This document shows, one piece after another, positions 1 to 8,900 of a stretch of 64,000 nt of DNA. The DNA comes from a bacterium (GTDB lineage: Bacteria; SAR324; XYD2-FULL-50-16). The notes under the pieces are model-generated. The model was given only the letters and a program-made list of their open reading frames with translations. It was not told the origin of the DNA and ran no database searches. Location: the NCBI GenBank assembly GCA_032250835.1, contig JAVVEA010000016.1:21845-85844 (forward strand), given 5' to 3'. Each line of letters starts with the position of its first letter. The stretch's first letter is position 1. Both the position numbers and the translations under genes were made by a program.

Positions 1-1
1 C

Positions 2-718
2 GGGGCCATGGAAAATTGGAGCCTGCTGCGCCGTTTGGTGAGCGCTGTGGCGACCAAAATGGCCCATTGGGTCCTGCACTGCGACATCAAAGACCCCATG
101 AGCGGCTTTTTTATGCTACGCCAATCCCTCTTTGCCCAAATCGCCCCGAAGCTGGATGCCCAGGGGTTCAAGATCCTCATCGCCATTCTGGCCCAGGCCC
201 AAGGGGCCAGGGTCACCGAGTTGGGCTACCACTTTCGGTTGCGCCAACATGGCGAGAGTAAGCTTTCATCTAAGGTGATCTTCGACTATCTAGCGGCGCT
301 GTACCGCATCCAATTTGGCCGGTTTTTGCCGCTAGAGTTGATCCAATACAGCCTTGTGGGCGGTAGTGGGGTTTTCGTGAACCTGGGCTTGTTGTGGCTC
401 TTCGCACAGGCAGGATGGGGGGAGCGCCTAGCGGTGGTCGGCGCTATCGAAGGAGCTATGGTCAGCAACTTTCTGCTAAATAACCTCTGGACCTTCCGCT
501 CCCAGCGCTTGACCGGCCTGGGCAATCTCCTGTTGGGTTTTGTGAAGTTTAATTTGGTTTCCGCACTGGGTGCGGTGATCAACTATTCCGTCACCTTTTT
601 TATCCGCGACCAATTTGGCCTGCATTTAATGCTCTCCGCCCTGGGCGGGATCGCCTTGGCTACCCTCTGGAACTTCACCTTCAACCGCGCCTTGGTCTGG
701 CGCTCTAGGCTCGACTAA
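2..718 (+). CDS. Family 2 glycosyltransferase (Dol-P-mannose synthase-like) with C-terminal GtrA domain; 5' end lies outside the window
   Basis: DPMSGFF and R..GESKL motifs followed by four hydrophobic GtrA-like helices (SNFLLNNLWTF, WNFTFN); frame is open to the window edge. Confidence 0.85.
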   Translation, partial: GAMENWSLLRRLVSAVATKMAHWVLHCDIKDPMSGFFMLRQSLFAQIAPKLDAQGFKILIAILAQAQGARVTELGYHFRLRQHGESKLSSKVIFDYLAALYRIQFGRFLPLELIQYSLVGGSGVFVNLGLLWLFAQAGWGERLAVVGAIEGAMVSNFLLNNLWTFRSQRLTGLGNLLLGFVKFNLVSALGAVINYSVTFFIRDQFGLHLMLSALGGIALATLWNFTFNRALVWRSRLD

Positions 719-781
719 AGGCCCCCTTGCCGAGAATTACCCCGGCAGGGTAGGTTATAAAAAACCCCTAGGAGACTTTAA

Positions 782-1117
782 ATGGACCCAGCCTTGATTC
801 AAGTGGTGAGCACCTTAGCGAGCGAAGCCGAGGCCTTAGAATTGGGCCGAAAACTGGTTGAAGAACGTTTGGCCGCCTGCGCCCAGGTCTCGGGGCCGAT
901 CACCAGCATCTATTCTTGGAAAGGCAAGCTACAGCAGGAAACCGAATGGAAACTGACCTTAAAAAGTCGCCAAAGCCTCTATGGCCAAATTGAACGACGA
1001 TTGGCCCAATTACACCCCTTTGATGAACCCCAAATCCTGGCCCTGCCCTTGGTAGAAGCCTCTTTAGGCTACCGGAATTGGTTGTTATCCCTCACCGCCG
1101 ACTTGGAAACAAAATGA
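782..1117 (+). CDS. cutA: Divalent-cation tolerance protein CutA
   Basis: LVEERLAACAQ, SIYSWKG and HPFDEPQI motifs; AGGAGA RBS. Confidence 0.93.
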   Translation: MDPALIQVVSTLASEAEALELGRKLVEERLAACAQVSGPITSIYSWKGKLQQETEWKLTLKSRQSLYGQIERRLAQLHPFDEPQILALPLVEASLGYRNWLLSLTADLETK

Positions 1118-1701
1118 AGCGATGGTTCCTGATGATTGGGCTGATTTGCTTGGCCCTACCCGCCTTGGCTGCCGAACTGCCCGCTGGGCTGTACGCTAAG
1201 ATCCACACCAACAAAGGGGTGGTCACCGCCAAGCTCTACTTCCAAGAGGTGCCGAGTATTGTGGAAAACTTCGTGCGGCTAGCCGAAGGGACCATCAAGT
1301 GGCGCGTCCCCAACACCGAAGACTGGGTCACCCGTCCGCTTTATCAGGACATCCCCTTCCACCGCGTGGTCGATGACTTTGTGGTGCAAACCGGCGACCC
1401 CACCGGAACGGGCTACGGCGGCCCGGGCTTCTACATTCCCGATGAGTTTAACCCTAAATTAGTACACAACGGGGCGGGGGTTCTCTCTATGGCCAACCAC
1501 GGCCCCGGCACCAATGGCAGCCAATTTTTCATCACCCTCAACCAAGCCCCCTGGCTCGACGGCAAACATGCCGTCTTTGGGCAGGTAGTGGACGGCCTGC
1601 CGGTGGTCTTTAAGATCAAGCAGGGCGACCGATTGGTTAAGATCGAAATATTACGCCAAGGACCCAGCGCCACTCAGTTTGCCGCAGGCATGAAGCCCTA
1701 A
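1114..1701 (+). CDS. Cyclophilin-type peptidyl-prolyl isomerase, exported
   Basis: FHRVV, QTGDPTGTG, SMANHGPGTNGSQFFIT, WLDGKHAVFG; signal-peptide-like N-terminus from ATG 1114, ATGA overlap with cutA. Confidence 0.93.
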   Translation: MKRWFLMIGLICLALPALAAELPAGLYAKIHTNKGVVTAKLYFQEVPSIVENFVRLAEGTIKWRVPNTEDWVTRPLYQDIPFHRVVDDFVVQTGDPTGTGYGGPGFYIPDEFNPKLVHNGAGVLSMANHGPGTNGSQFFITLNQAPWLDGKHAVFGQVVDGLPVVFKIKQGDRLVKIEILRQGPSATQFAAGMKP

Positions 1702-1710
1702 AGGAGCCCC

Positions 1711-2235
1711 ATGACCGTCCGATTGCTGATCGACCGCAAGCCCTTTATGGAAAATAAATACCGCTCCCGCTTTGGCGTGAACTTAGACGGGCAGCCCCTT
1801 GCGCGCTGCGAGGCCTTAGAGGGCGACGGGGGCCGTTTCCGGCTGATGGTGGGGCGCAACATTGACGAGGTCTTGCACCTGCCTTTTGACGCCTTTGATC
1901 CCTTGATCGGCCGTATTTATGTCGGTTGGGACATGCCGCCGATGGAGCGGGTGTTGCTTTCTAGTTGGAGCCTCGACTTAGACAAAAGTCAATTTGAGCT
2001 GTTGGCCCGCTTTGTGGCGCTCAAGGAACTACCCCAACTGCGTGGCGACATCCAGGAACGATTGCGCCAAAGCTTCTTAGAAGAACCTTTGCAACAAGGC
2101 TTTTTTGAAGAAAACTTCTTTGACGATCAGGCCTATGTTTTTTACCTCCCCTTAAAGACCCACATCGACAGCACCATCCGCTCCTGGCTGCCGCCGCTTC
2201 AAGCCGCCTTGGCCGAGGCGGCTTTAGGGCTCTAA
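1711..2235 (+). CDS. Hypothetical protein
   Basis: 174-aa ORF with AAGGAG RBS, tightly packed in the operon; no motif recognised. Confidence 0.7.
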   Translation: MTVRLLIDRKPFMENKYRSRFGVNLDGQPLARCEALEGDGGRFRLMVGRNIDEVLHLPFDAFDPLIGRIYVGWDMPPMERVLLSSWSLDLDKSQFELLARFVALKELPQLRGDIQERLRQSFLEEPLQQGFFEENFFDDQAYVFYLPLKTHIDSTIRSWLPPLQAALAEAALGL

Positions 2236-2907
2236 ATGGGCCTTTGGGACCTACATCCAGGCTATCTGAGCGATAGGGACCTAAAAGCGGAGCACCGCGC
2301 GGTCCACCGCCTGTTCCGGGCGATCGACCAAAACCAAACGGCGCGCCAAAGCGGTCGCCAGCGCCAACGTTTTGAGGGGCACTTGGGCGGCTTGGTTTGG
2401 CGGCACCGCCTTTTAACCGCCGAGATGGACCTACGCGGCCTAGGCCACCGCAGCCCCCTGGCAGAGCGTCCCGGCGACTATCCTGGGCGGTTCACCACCA
2501 GCCCGACCGAACAGTTCCAGCAACTGCGCCGCCGTTACGCCGAACATTCCGGGGGCCGCATCGACCTACCCAAAAACCCGCAAACTCTCTGGGCCCAGTA
2601 TAAATACTCTATCCTGGCGCGCGATCCGGTTCTTTACCAACAGTTGGGGCCCCAATTAGCCCAAGGGCAGTTGGGCTTTGCGGCCTTAGCTGAAGCTTTG
2701 TTGGTGGCCTTTTGCCAAAGACCGACTGAGGGAGGGCTGATCAACGCCTACCAGCATATGTTGGGATATTTTTCCCAAGCTACCAAAGAGGCACAGCCTA
2801 GCCCCCAAAACAGCAGCATCGAAAGCTTGCGAAACACACTCCGTTTAAGACTAAAGCAAGAGCCCATTGTCTACCTGCTACAGTCCACGATGCTCGCCGA
2901 ACCTTAA
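2236..2907 (+). CDS. Pyrimidine-dimer glycosylase/endonuclease V-like N-terminus plus DUF1722/YbgA-like C-terminus
   Basis: N-terminal LWDLHPGYL...AEHR, GHRSPL, and C-terminal NAYQHMLGYF ... YLLQST patterns. Confidence 0.65.
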   Translation: MGLWDLHPGYLSDRDLKAEHRAVHRLFRAIDQNQTARQSGRQRQRFEGHLGGLVWRHRLLTAEMDLRGLGHRSPLAERPGDYPGRFTTSPTEQFQQLRRRYAEHSGGRIDLPKNPQTLWAQYKYSILARDPVLYQQLGPQLAQGQLGFAALAEALLVAFCQRPTEGGLINAYQHMLGYFSQATKEAQPSPQNSSIESLRNTLRLRLKQEPIVYLLQSTMLAEP

Positions 2908-3398
2908 AAGAAGCCGGAGACCATGGAGAGGTTCAAGGGGTTTTTGAACTGCCGTTGCTGTTCTTCGCAAATCAGCTCCGTTTCCATCCGGTGGCCCATC
3001 ACATTGAGACGGCCAAAGATTTGGTCGCGCACCCGACGGAAGGCATCGGCGCGTTCTTCATGATTGCCGCCCAGTTGAGCCGGGTCGTCGAAGGGTAAAT
3101 GCACCACAAAGGGGTTTCCCTCTAATTCTTGGGCCAAATCGTCGGCCCCAGGGCTGAGCGTTACCACTACGTCAAAGCGATAGCGCGGTAGCTCCGAAAG
3201 GTTTTTCGAAACCAGCGCATTGGTTTGTATGCCCCGTTCGGCTAACGCCGAAAGCATGAGCGGGTGGGGTCCGCCGGAATTTAGCCCGGCTGAAAAAACC
3301 TCCCAATGCTGGCCGAAAAGATGGCGGAAAATGGCTTCAGCCATCAGCGAACGGGTGGCATTTTCAAGGCACAGGAACAGGATTTTCTTGTTAGCCAT
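2904..3398 (-). CDS. LMW-PTP-fold arsenate reductase/phosphatase family protein
   Basis: ILFLCLENATRSLMAE P-loop, SAG, and FDDP...FRRVRDQI motifs. Confidence 0.85.
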   Translation of the reverse strand: MANKKILFLCLENATRSLMAEAIFRHLFGQHWEVFSAGLNSGGPHPLMLSALAERGIQTNALVSKNLSELPRYRFDVVVTLSPGADDLAQELEGNPFVVHLPFDDPAQLGGNHEERADAFRRVRDQIFGRLNVMGHRMETELICEEQQRQFKNPLNLSMVSGFF

Positions 3399-3569
3399 GG
3401 ACTCAACTAATTAAAGGTTCAATTTCAGATTGAGCCAAGCCAACTGACTGCGGTACAAGTAGCCGTAAAATTTAGGTAAATTTTTGTTTTTTTGCTGTCC
3501 ATTTTGATAAACAATCACTTTAGAAGTATTTTACTCTTTTCAAGAGCGGCCCTATTTGTTAGAGAAATG

Positions 3570-3587
3570 CAACTTTATGTAAAGTTG
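3570..3587. promoter_or_regulatory. Palindromic candidate operator in an AT-rich divergent intergenic region
   Basis: CAACTTTA-TG-TAAAGTTG perfect 8-2-8 inverted repeat about 30 bp before ATG 3617. Confidence 0.4.
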
Positions 3588-3616
3588 ATCAACATTAACC
3601 TCATTTAAACCTTAGA

Positions 3617-4321
3617 ATGACCCAGAAACTTATCCTCCTGGCAGCGCTCGCTTGCTTCGCCGCCCCCGTTTGGGCGCAGGACGTGGCCGATCAGGTCGCA
3701 GAAACGGTAGAAGACGTGAAAGAACACGCCACGGAGGCCTCGGACATGGCAGAGCACCGCACCGGTTCGCGCGGTGACTTTATGAGTAACCTCTACGTGG
3801 TCGGTAAAGTCTTTACCAGCCCCGGTCAGAGTTATGAGCACAGCGGCCACCGCATCACCGGTGATACAGCTACCGGCTTCGGCCTAGATTTCGGCTACAA
3901 AATCGGCCCCAGTATCTCGGCTGAATTAGCTTACTCCAGCGGTTCGGGCGACGTAAAACTAGGCCAGGCCGCGTTAGTTCCCTCCTTCCGTGGCAGCGCA
4001 GCCGCCACCACCACCGGTGAAACGACCACCCATGAAGTCACCGATGCGGCGTCTTATTCTTCTTTAGGTCTCTTGGGGGTCTACAGCCTGCATTTAGGCG
4101 ACAAGTTTGCCGCTATCGGTAAGCTGGGTATGGTCAGTGAGTCCGAAGATTTAGGCACCGTGGGCGGCAGCAGCAGCTCCACTGGCGTGGTCTATGTATT
4201 AGGTTGCGAGTACAAGCTCTTCGGGCACAACGAATTGGTGTTGGAATATGAAGACACCACCATCGACGGTCCCCGAGCTTATACCCTCTTTGTGGGCTGG
4301 AAAGTGGGCTTCGGTCATTAA
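3617..4321 (+). CDS. Outer-membrane beta-barrel protein (OmpA-like barrel, porin family)
   Basis: Signal peptide, alternating amphipathic beta-strands, C-terminal VGWKVGF motif. Confidence 0.75.
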   Translation: MTQKLILLAALACFAAPVWAQDVADQVAETVEDVKEHATEASDMAEHRTGSRGDFMSNLYVVGKVFTSPGQSYEHSGHRITGDTATGFGLDFGYKIGPSISAELAYSSGSGDVKLGQAALVPSFRGSAAATTTGETTTHEVTDAASYSSLGLLGVYSLHLGDKFAAIGKLGMVSESEDLGTVGGSSSSTGVVYVLGCEYKLFGHNELVLEYEDTTIDGPRAYTLFVGWKVGFGH

Positions 4322-4335
4322 CCGACAAAGCCCCT

Positions 4336-4373
4336 AAAAAAAGGGCGGGACCCTGAGCGGCCCGCCTTTTTTT
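4336..4373. terminator. Bidirectional intrinsic terminator
   Basis: A7-GGGCGGG...CCCGCC-T7 between convergent OMP gene and pfaD. Confidence 0.85.
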
Positions 4374-4378
4374 GTCCC

Positions 4379-5968
4379 CTATCTGGGTCGGTAGGTTGCT
4401 AAGGCGGGATCAAAGCTTAGCCCCTGCCACTCAAGCATCCTCAAACGAGCCAAGTAGGCGGCTCCGCGCAACAATTCCTCAGCCACCGCCACCACCTTGC
4501 GGTTCGCTACCACCTCCAAGCTACTGCCGCGCACCCAGTCGTTAAAAGCGCCCATTGCCGGACCGGTCCAAATCTGATAGTCCATTTCCCTTCCGGGCGT
4601 ATGTGCCTTGGCCCAGTGGCTTGATTGGCCTAAATACCAGCGGAAAATCAACGCCATCTTTTTCTTCGGATTCGCCTGAGCCTTAGCCAGTTCGGCGGGG
4701 TCGCGGCGGTTAAAGAAATCGACACAGTCCGCCCAAACTTGCTCTAAGGGCTTCTGGAAGATTTGTTTCTCTAGCTTTTCGCGTTCGGCACTCGGAATCT
4801 CGTCGATGTTAGCGCAGTTGCTGTACCATTCATATAGCTTCTGGGCCCGCATGGCGAATAGGGTGCCCCGGCGCAGTACCTGTAGCTTGACGCCCTGTTC
4901 AAACATATCTGAAGCCGGGGCCATGATCACGTCGGCCATCGCCGCCTGGGCCAGCAGGGTCCGTACATGGTCCGAAGTACCCGACTCCACACAGGCTTGG
5001 TTGACCGAACCGGTCACGATATAAGCCGCCCCCATGCTCAAGGCGCCCAATACCGCCTCGGGCGTGCCAATGCCGCCACCGGCACCGATCAAGATCGGCT
5101 CAGGATAGTTCATTTCTGCTTGGATTTCGTTACGCAGCGCGATCAACGAGGGCAAGAGGTTGACCAAGGGGCGGTTGTCGGTGTGCCCGCCCGAGTCGGC
5201 CTCGACACTGACCGCATCGGCCATGGGCACCTGGGCGGCCCAGCTGGCCTGCTCGGCGGTGATCAACCCTTGCTCCACCAAAGGGCCCAAGAAGCGCTCC
5301 GGTGCCGGGCGCATGAAGCGCTCGGCTACCTCACGGCGGCTTACCTTAGCGATCACCTGATTCTTGGCGACCACCCGGCCCCCTTCCATCGCCAACCCCG
5401 CAACGCGGTAGCGCACCACCTGGGCGGTTAGGTCTAAATAGGCCGAAGCCTCGATGATTTTAACGCCCCGCTTTAAAAACAAATCCACCGCGCCCGATTC
5501 TAAGGCTGCCTCGTTGGGGCTGTGGATCAAATTAACCGCATAGGGGCCATCGGGGAGTGCCGCTTGGATCTGCTCTAATCCCGCCAGGACCGCCTGGGTT
5601 TCGAGTCCACCGGCCCCGAAGGAGGCCAAATATCCGGCCTTTCCCAAAGCTATCACCATCTCAGCGGAGCTGATCCCGTTGGCCATGCTGCCCGCAAAAT
5701 AGGCATGGGTCGCGCCAAAGCGCTGGCCAAACCGGGCGTCGCCCAAACGGGAGGTGTCTAGGGCAGGTGCCTGGGCCAACAGTTCCACCGACCCTTTCGC
5801 CCCGGCGGCGACCAAGGTGCCGCAATTGCTCAGGTGGACTGCTTGGCCCTGGCGCAACACATAAACTGGCAGGTCCAGATTCTTTAAGGCACTGGCGGGT
5901 TCGGCGGCCCATTCCTTGGGTTTGGCTTGTAGGCCGCCTTGGATTTGGGCCTTTTGGGCGTTGATCAT
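4379..5968 (-). CDS. pfaD: PfaD-type FMN-dependent enoyl reductase of a PUFA-synthase-like system
   Basis: GSMANGIS, EADSGGHTDNRP, MAPASDMFE, DYQIWTGPAMGAFN motifs; overlaps the pfaBC stop. Confidence 0.95.
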   Translation of the reverse strand: MINAQKAQIQGGLQAKPKEWAAEPASALKNLDLPVYVLRQGQAVHLSNCGTLVAAGAKGSVELLAQAPALDTSRLGDARFGQRFGATHAYFAGSMANGISSAEMVIALGKAGYLASFGAGGLETQAVLAGLEQIQAALPDGPYAVNLIHSPNEAALESGAVDLFLKRGVKIIEASAYLDLTAQVVRYRVAGLAMEGGRVVAKNQVIAKVSRREVAERFMRPAPERFLGPLVEQGLITAEQASWAAQVPMADAVSVEADSGGHTDNRPLVNLLPSLIALRNEIQAEMNYPEPILIGAGGGIGTPEAVLGALSMGAAYIVTGSVNQACVESGTSDHVRTLLAQAAMADVIMAPASDMFEQGVKLQVLRRGTLFAMRAQKLYEWYSNCANIDEIPSAEREKLEKQIFQKPLEQVWADCVDFFNRRDPAELAKAQANPKKKMALIFRWYLGQSSHWAKAHTPGREMDYQIWTGPAMGAFNDWVRGSSLEVVANRKVVAVAEELLRGAAYLARLRMLEWQGLSFDPALATYRPR

Positions 5969-8900
5969 CGTTGCTCCTCAATCACAATAGACAAATCAGT
6001 CACTTCGTAAATTCTCAAGCCTTCTTTATAAAGCGAGGCGTCGGCGCTCAGCCGGACCCAGCCCGATCCCCGCTCGAGGCCCTTAATATGGGCTTCCGTT
6101 TCCATCCATTCATTCTGCGGAATGATCTGTCCCCGGTATTTCCATTGGCAGTTACCCAAAGCATGGGTGAAGCGGGGGTTGATTAGATCCTGATAAAGCC
6201 CCTGTTCTAAGGCAAAGACGCGTAAGCTCTGGATGATCGCCTCGACACCCAAACTACCGGGCATGACGGGGTCTTCAAAGAAGTGGCAGGGGAAAAACCA
6301 ATCTGCGGCGTCCACTGCCTTTTTGCCGTACACATATCCCTTACCGAAGATTCCACCCATGGGATCTAAACCGACTTGATCCAAAAAGTTCAGGTGCTTT
6401 CGGCCCAAGCGGGGGCTCCCCTGGAACAATGTCCTGTTGGTTTTCAGGTCCAAGGTGGTGGGTAGCGGACGCGAGGTTTCATGCCAAAAGGGGCGTTTCT
6501 TACCGCTGTCGAGTCCTAACTGGTTAGCCAACGCCTTCGGAGTAAAGTAGCCGAAGGTGGTTTTACCTTGGTAGAACTTATCCCCGGCCACCCAAAGCTC
6601 AAAGCGGTATTGCTGGATGATGGTGCCGCCTGAGGCGCTGGTGCTATCGAGCCAGCAACGGCAGGTCACCCGCTGCCCGGCCAAGGGCGGGTCGGCCAAC
6701 ATCTCGGCCTGGGCGTCTAGGTTCCTAAAGCAAAGTTGCTCCTCAGGGTAGAGCAGCGGACTGCCCATCATCGCGCCCAAAACCCCGCAGGGTTGCAGGG
6801 CAATTTCCATAATCACCGCATAGGGCGTCACGCCCCCATGGCTGTCTAAAAGAAACCAAGCATCTGGGGCAATGTCATATTCGGTTTCTAAAAAGCTGGC
6901 CTGCTTGAAGTCGCCCCTAGTCCCTTCAAACCTAGTGGCCCGGCTGACCAACTGCAAGGCCCCGTTGGGGTTGCGTTGGCTGGGCCGGCCTTCGAAGAGG
7001 TCAAACTCGGGGCCGAAGGCCTGACTCAAGGAGCCTAAGGCAAATTCTTCGATCTGCGCGTCCGTGAGGGCCAAGTCTCGGGTCTCGGGGGCCTGCAACG
7101 CCTTGGGCGAGTCTGCTTCTTTTTCCACCAGCTCAATACCCACATCCAAGAAATCGACAATCACCTTGCCGTCTAAGATGATGTCCACATTCGCCTTGGC
7201 GTAGGGGCGCGGGTGCAGGCCAATCTCCTTGACTTCCATGCGGTATTCCAGCAAGCCATCGCCCGGTAAAACCTGTCCCCGGCAGCGGACCTTGTTGGCC
7301 AAGTTTTTGATCGGCACAAAGCGGGCGTTTTGAGTCTGGGTCTGCATGCCGATGTAGAGCAGATAAAACTCTAATAGCTGCACACAACCTTCGGCCATCA
7401 GACTGCCGGCCAAACAAGAATCGTCTTTGAAGTGGCAGGGAAAATACCAGTGGTCGGGCTTAAAGTCCTTCTGGGCGCGCACTTCGCCTAAGCCCCAAAG
7501 CCCGCCGAAGGGGGCCACTTCGGTGATCCGGTCGAGCATCAGGAATTCTTCGGTCGAAAAACGTAGCGAGCCGTTACGCCCCTGTTGGTCAAACTGGGGC
7601 CCCAGACAGGCGGAGATTTCGCCCCGGCAGAGCCGCACCAATTCGGCGCGGCCAAATTGCTTTTTGCCGCAGAGCATGGGCGGCTCAAAACGTTGGGGCA
7701 CTACCTTGGCGCGCTCGGCCTTTTCCTTTTCGGTCAGGATCACGCCCTTGCCTTTGTCTAAGTCTTCTTGGCTGAAGAACCCGGCGCAACCGTCGGTCAT
7801 GGTATGGACCAACTGGTCGCCCACAAAACAATCGTAATGGAAGAAGAACAGCAGGTTGTGGCCATGTTTGGCGAAGCTGTCGATATAAATCTCATACCGC
7901 ATGGTCTGCCCTTCTCGGGGCATTTCGCCCTTAAAGGTTAAGGTGCAGTCCAACAGGCGGTAAAGGTAGGTGCCTTGGTTTTCGAAGTCCACGCCCAGAT
8001 AGCTGATCAAGACCAAATCACATTGCCCGGCCTCCACGGCCACCGCCCAGGGGATTTGTCCATCTACGCAGTGCCAAGCATTGGCAGGCACGTCATATTC
8101 GGTGATCATCTTCGAGGGCTTTAGGCTGCGCTTCTCGGCGGTCATGCCTGTCACACGGTTGACCAACAGGTAGGGCGGCAGAGGCAAGCGCACGCGGGGG
8201 CCATATTGGTCGATCACGCCATATTCAGGCCCGAAAACCGGGGCGATTTTCCCGGCCGCAAATTCCATCAGGTCCGTCTCGTCCCAGAGGATTCCCGGCT
8301 CCGACTCCTTGCGCCGCCCTGAGTCCACAAAGGCCGTGGGGTGTTGGGCCAACAGCTCGGGCAGGGTCGGGGTGCGGTATAACAGTTGTTCCTTATAGTC
8401 ATCTACCGGCGCTTGCACCGGGACAGGAGCCTGGGGGTCTAGCAACTGTTGGTTTAAAACCAACTGCCCGGCATATTGCCGCAGCCCTTGTTTGCGGGCC
8501 AATAAAAAGGCCCGGTGGTTTTCGCTGATCCGCTGGCGGGTCTGGTAAAGGGCGGCCATAGCCCGACTTTGGGCCAACAGGCTTCCGGGCTCGAAGGCCG
8601 GTGGCGCGGGTTCGGCCAGAGTCAGCTCGCGCGCGCTAACCGCCGGGGCCGGTGGCCCTGCTGGGGCAGGCGCCAAATTTTGCGGGGCGGGCTCGGGAAT
8701 ATCAGGGAAAATATGTTGCGACGGGCTGGGCCCACGGCCCAACAGTTTGCGGCCTTCAGTCAGAATATGTTCTTCAATAGAAGCGCTGCCCTGATCGATC
8801 AGCTGGGGCATCTTTCCTTTGCCCAAGGGCATCTGGTTAACCGGCGGAGCAAAGAGACTCCAATCGACCAGAACGCCCTGGACGGTCAGTTTAGCTAAGG

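Noticed and set aside
3504-3518. FNR-like site TTGATAAACAATCAC
   Set aside because: Spacing is 5 rather than 4 and the right half is imperfect
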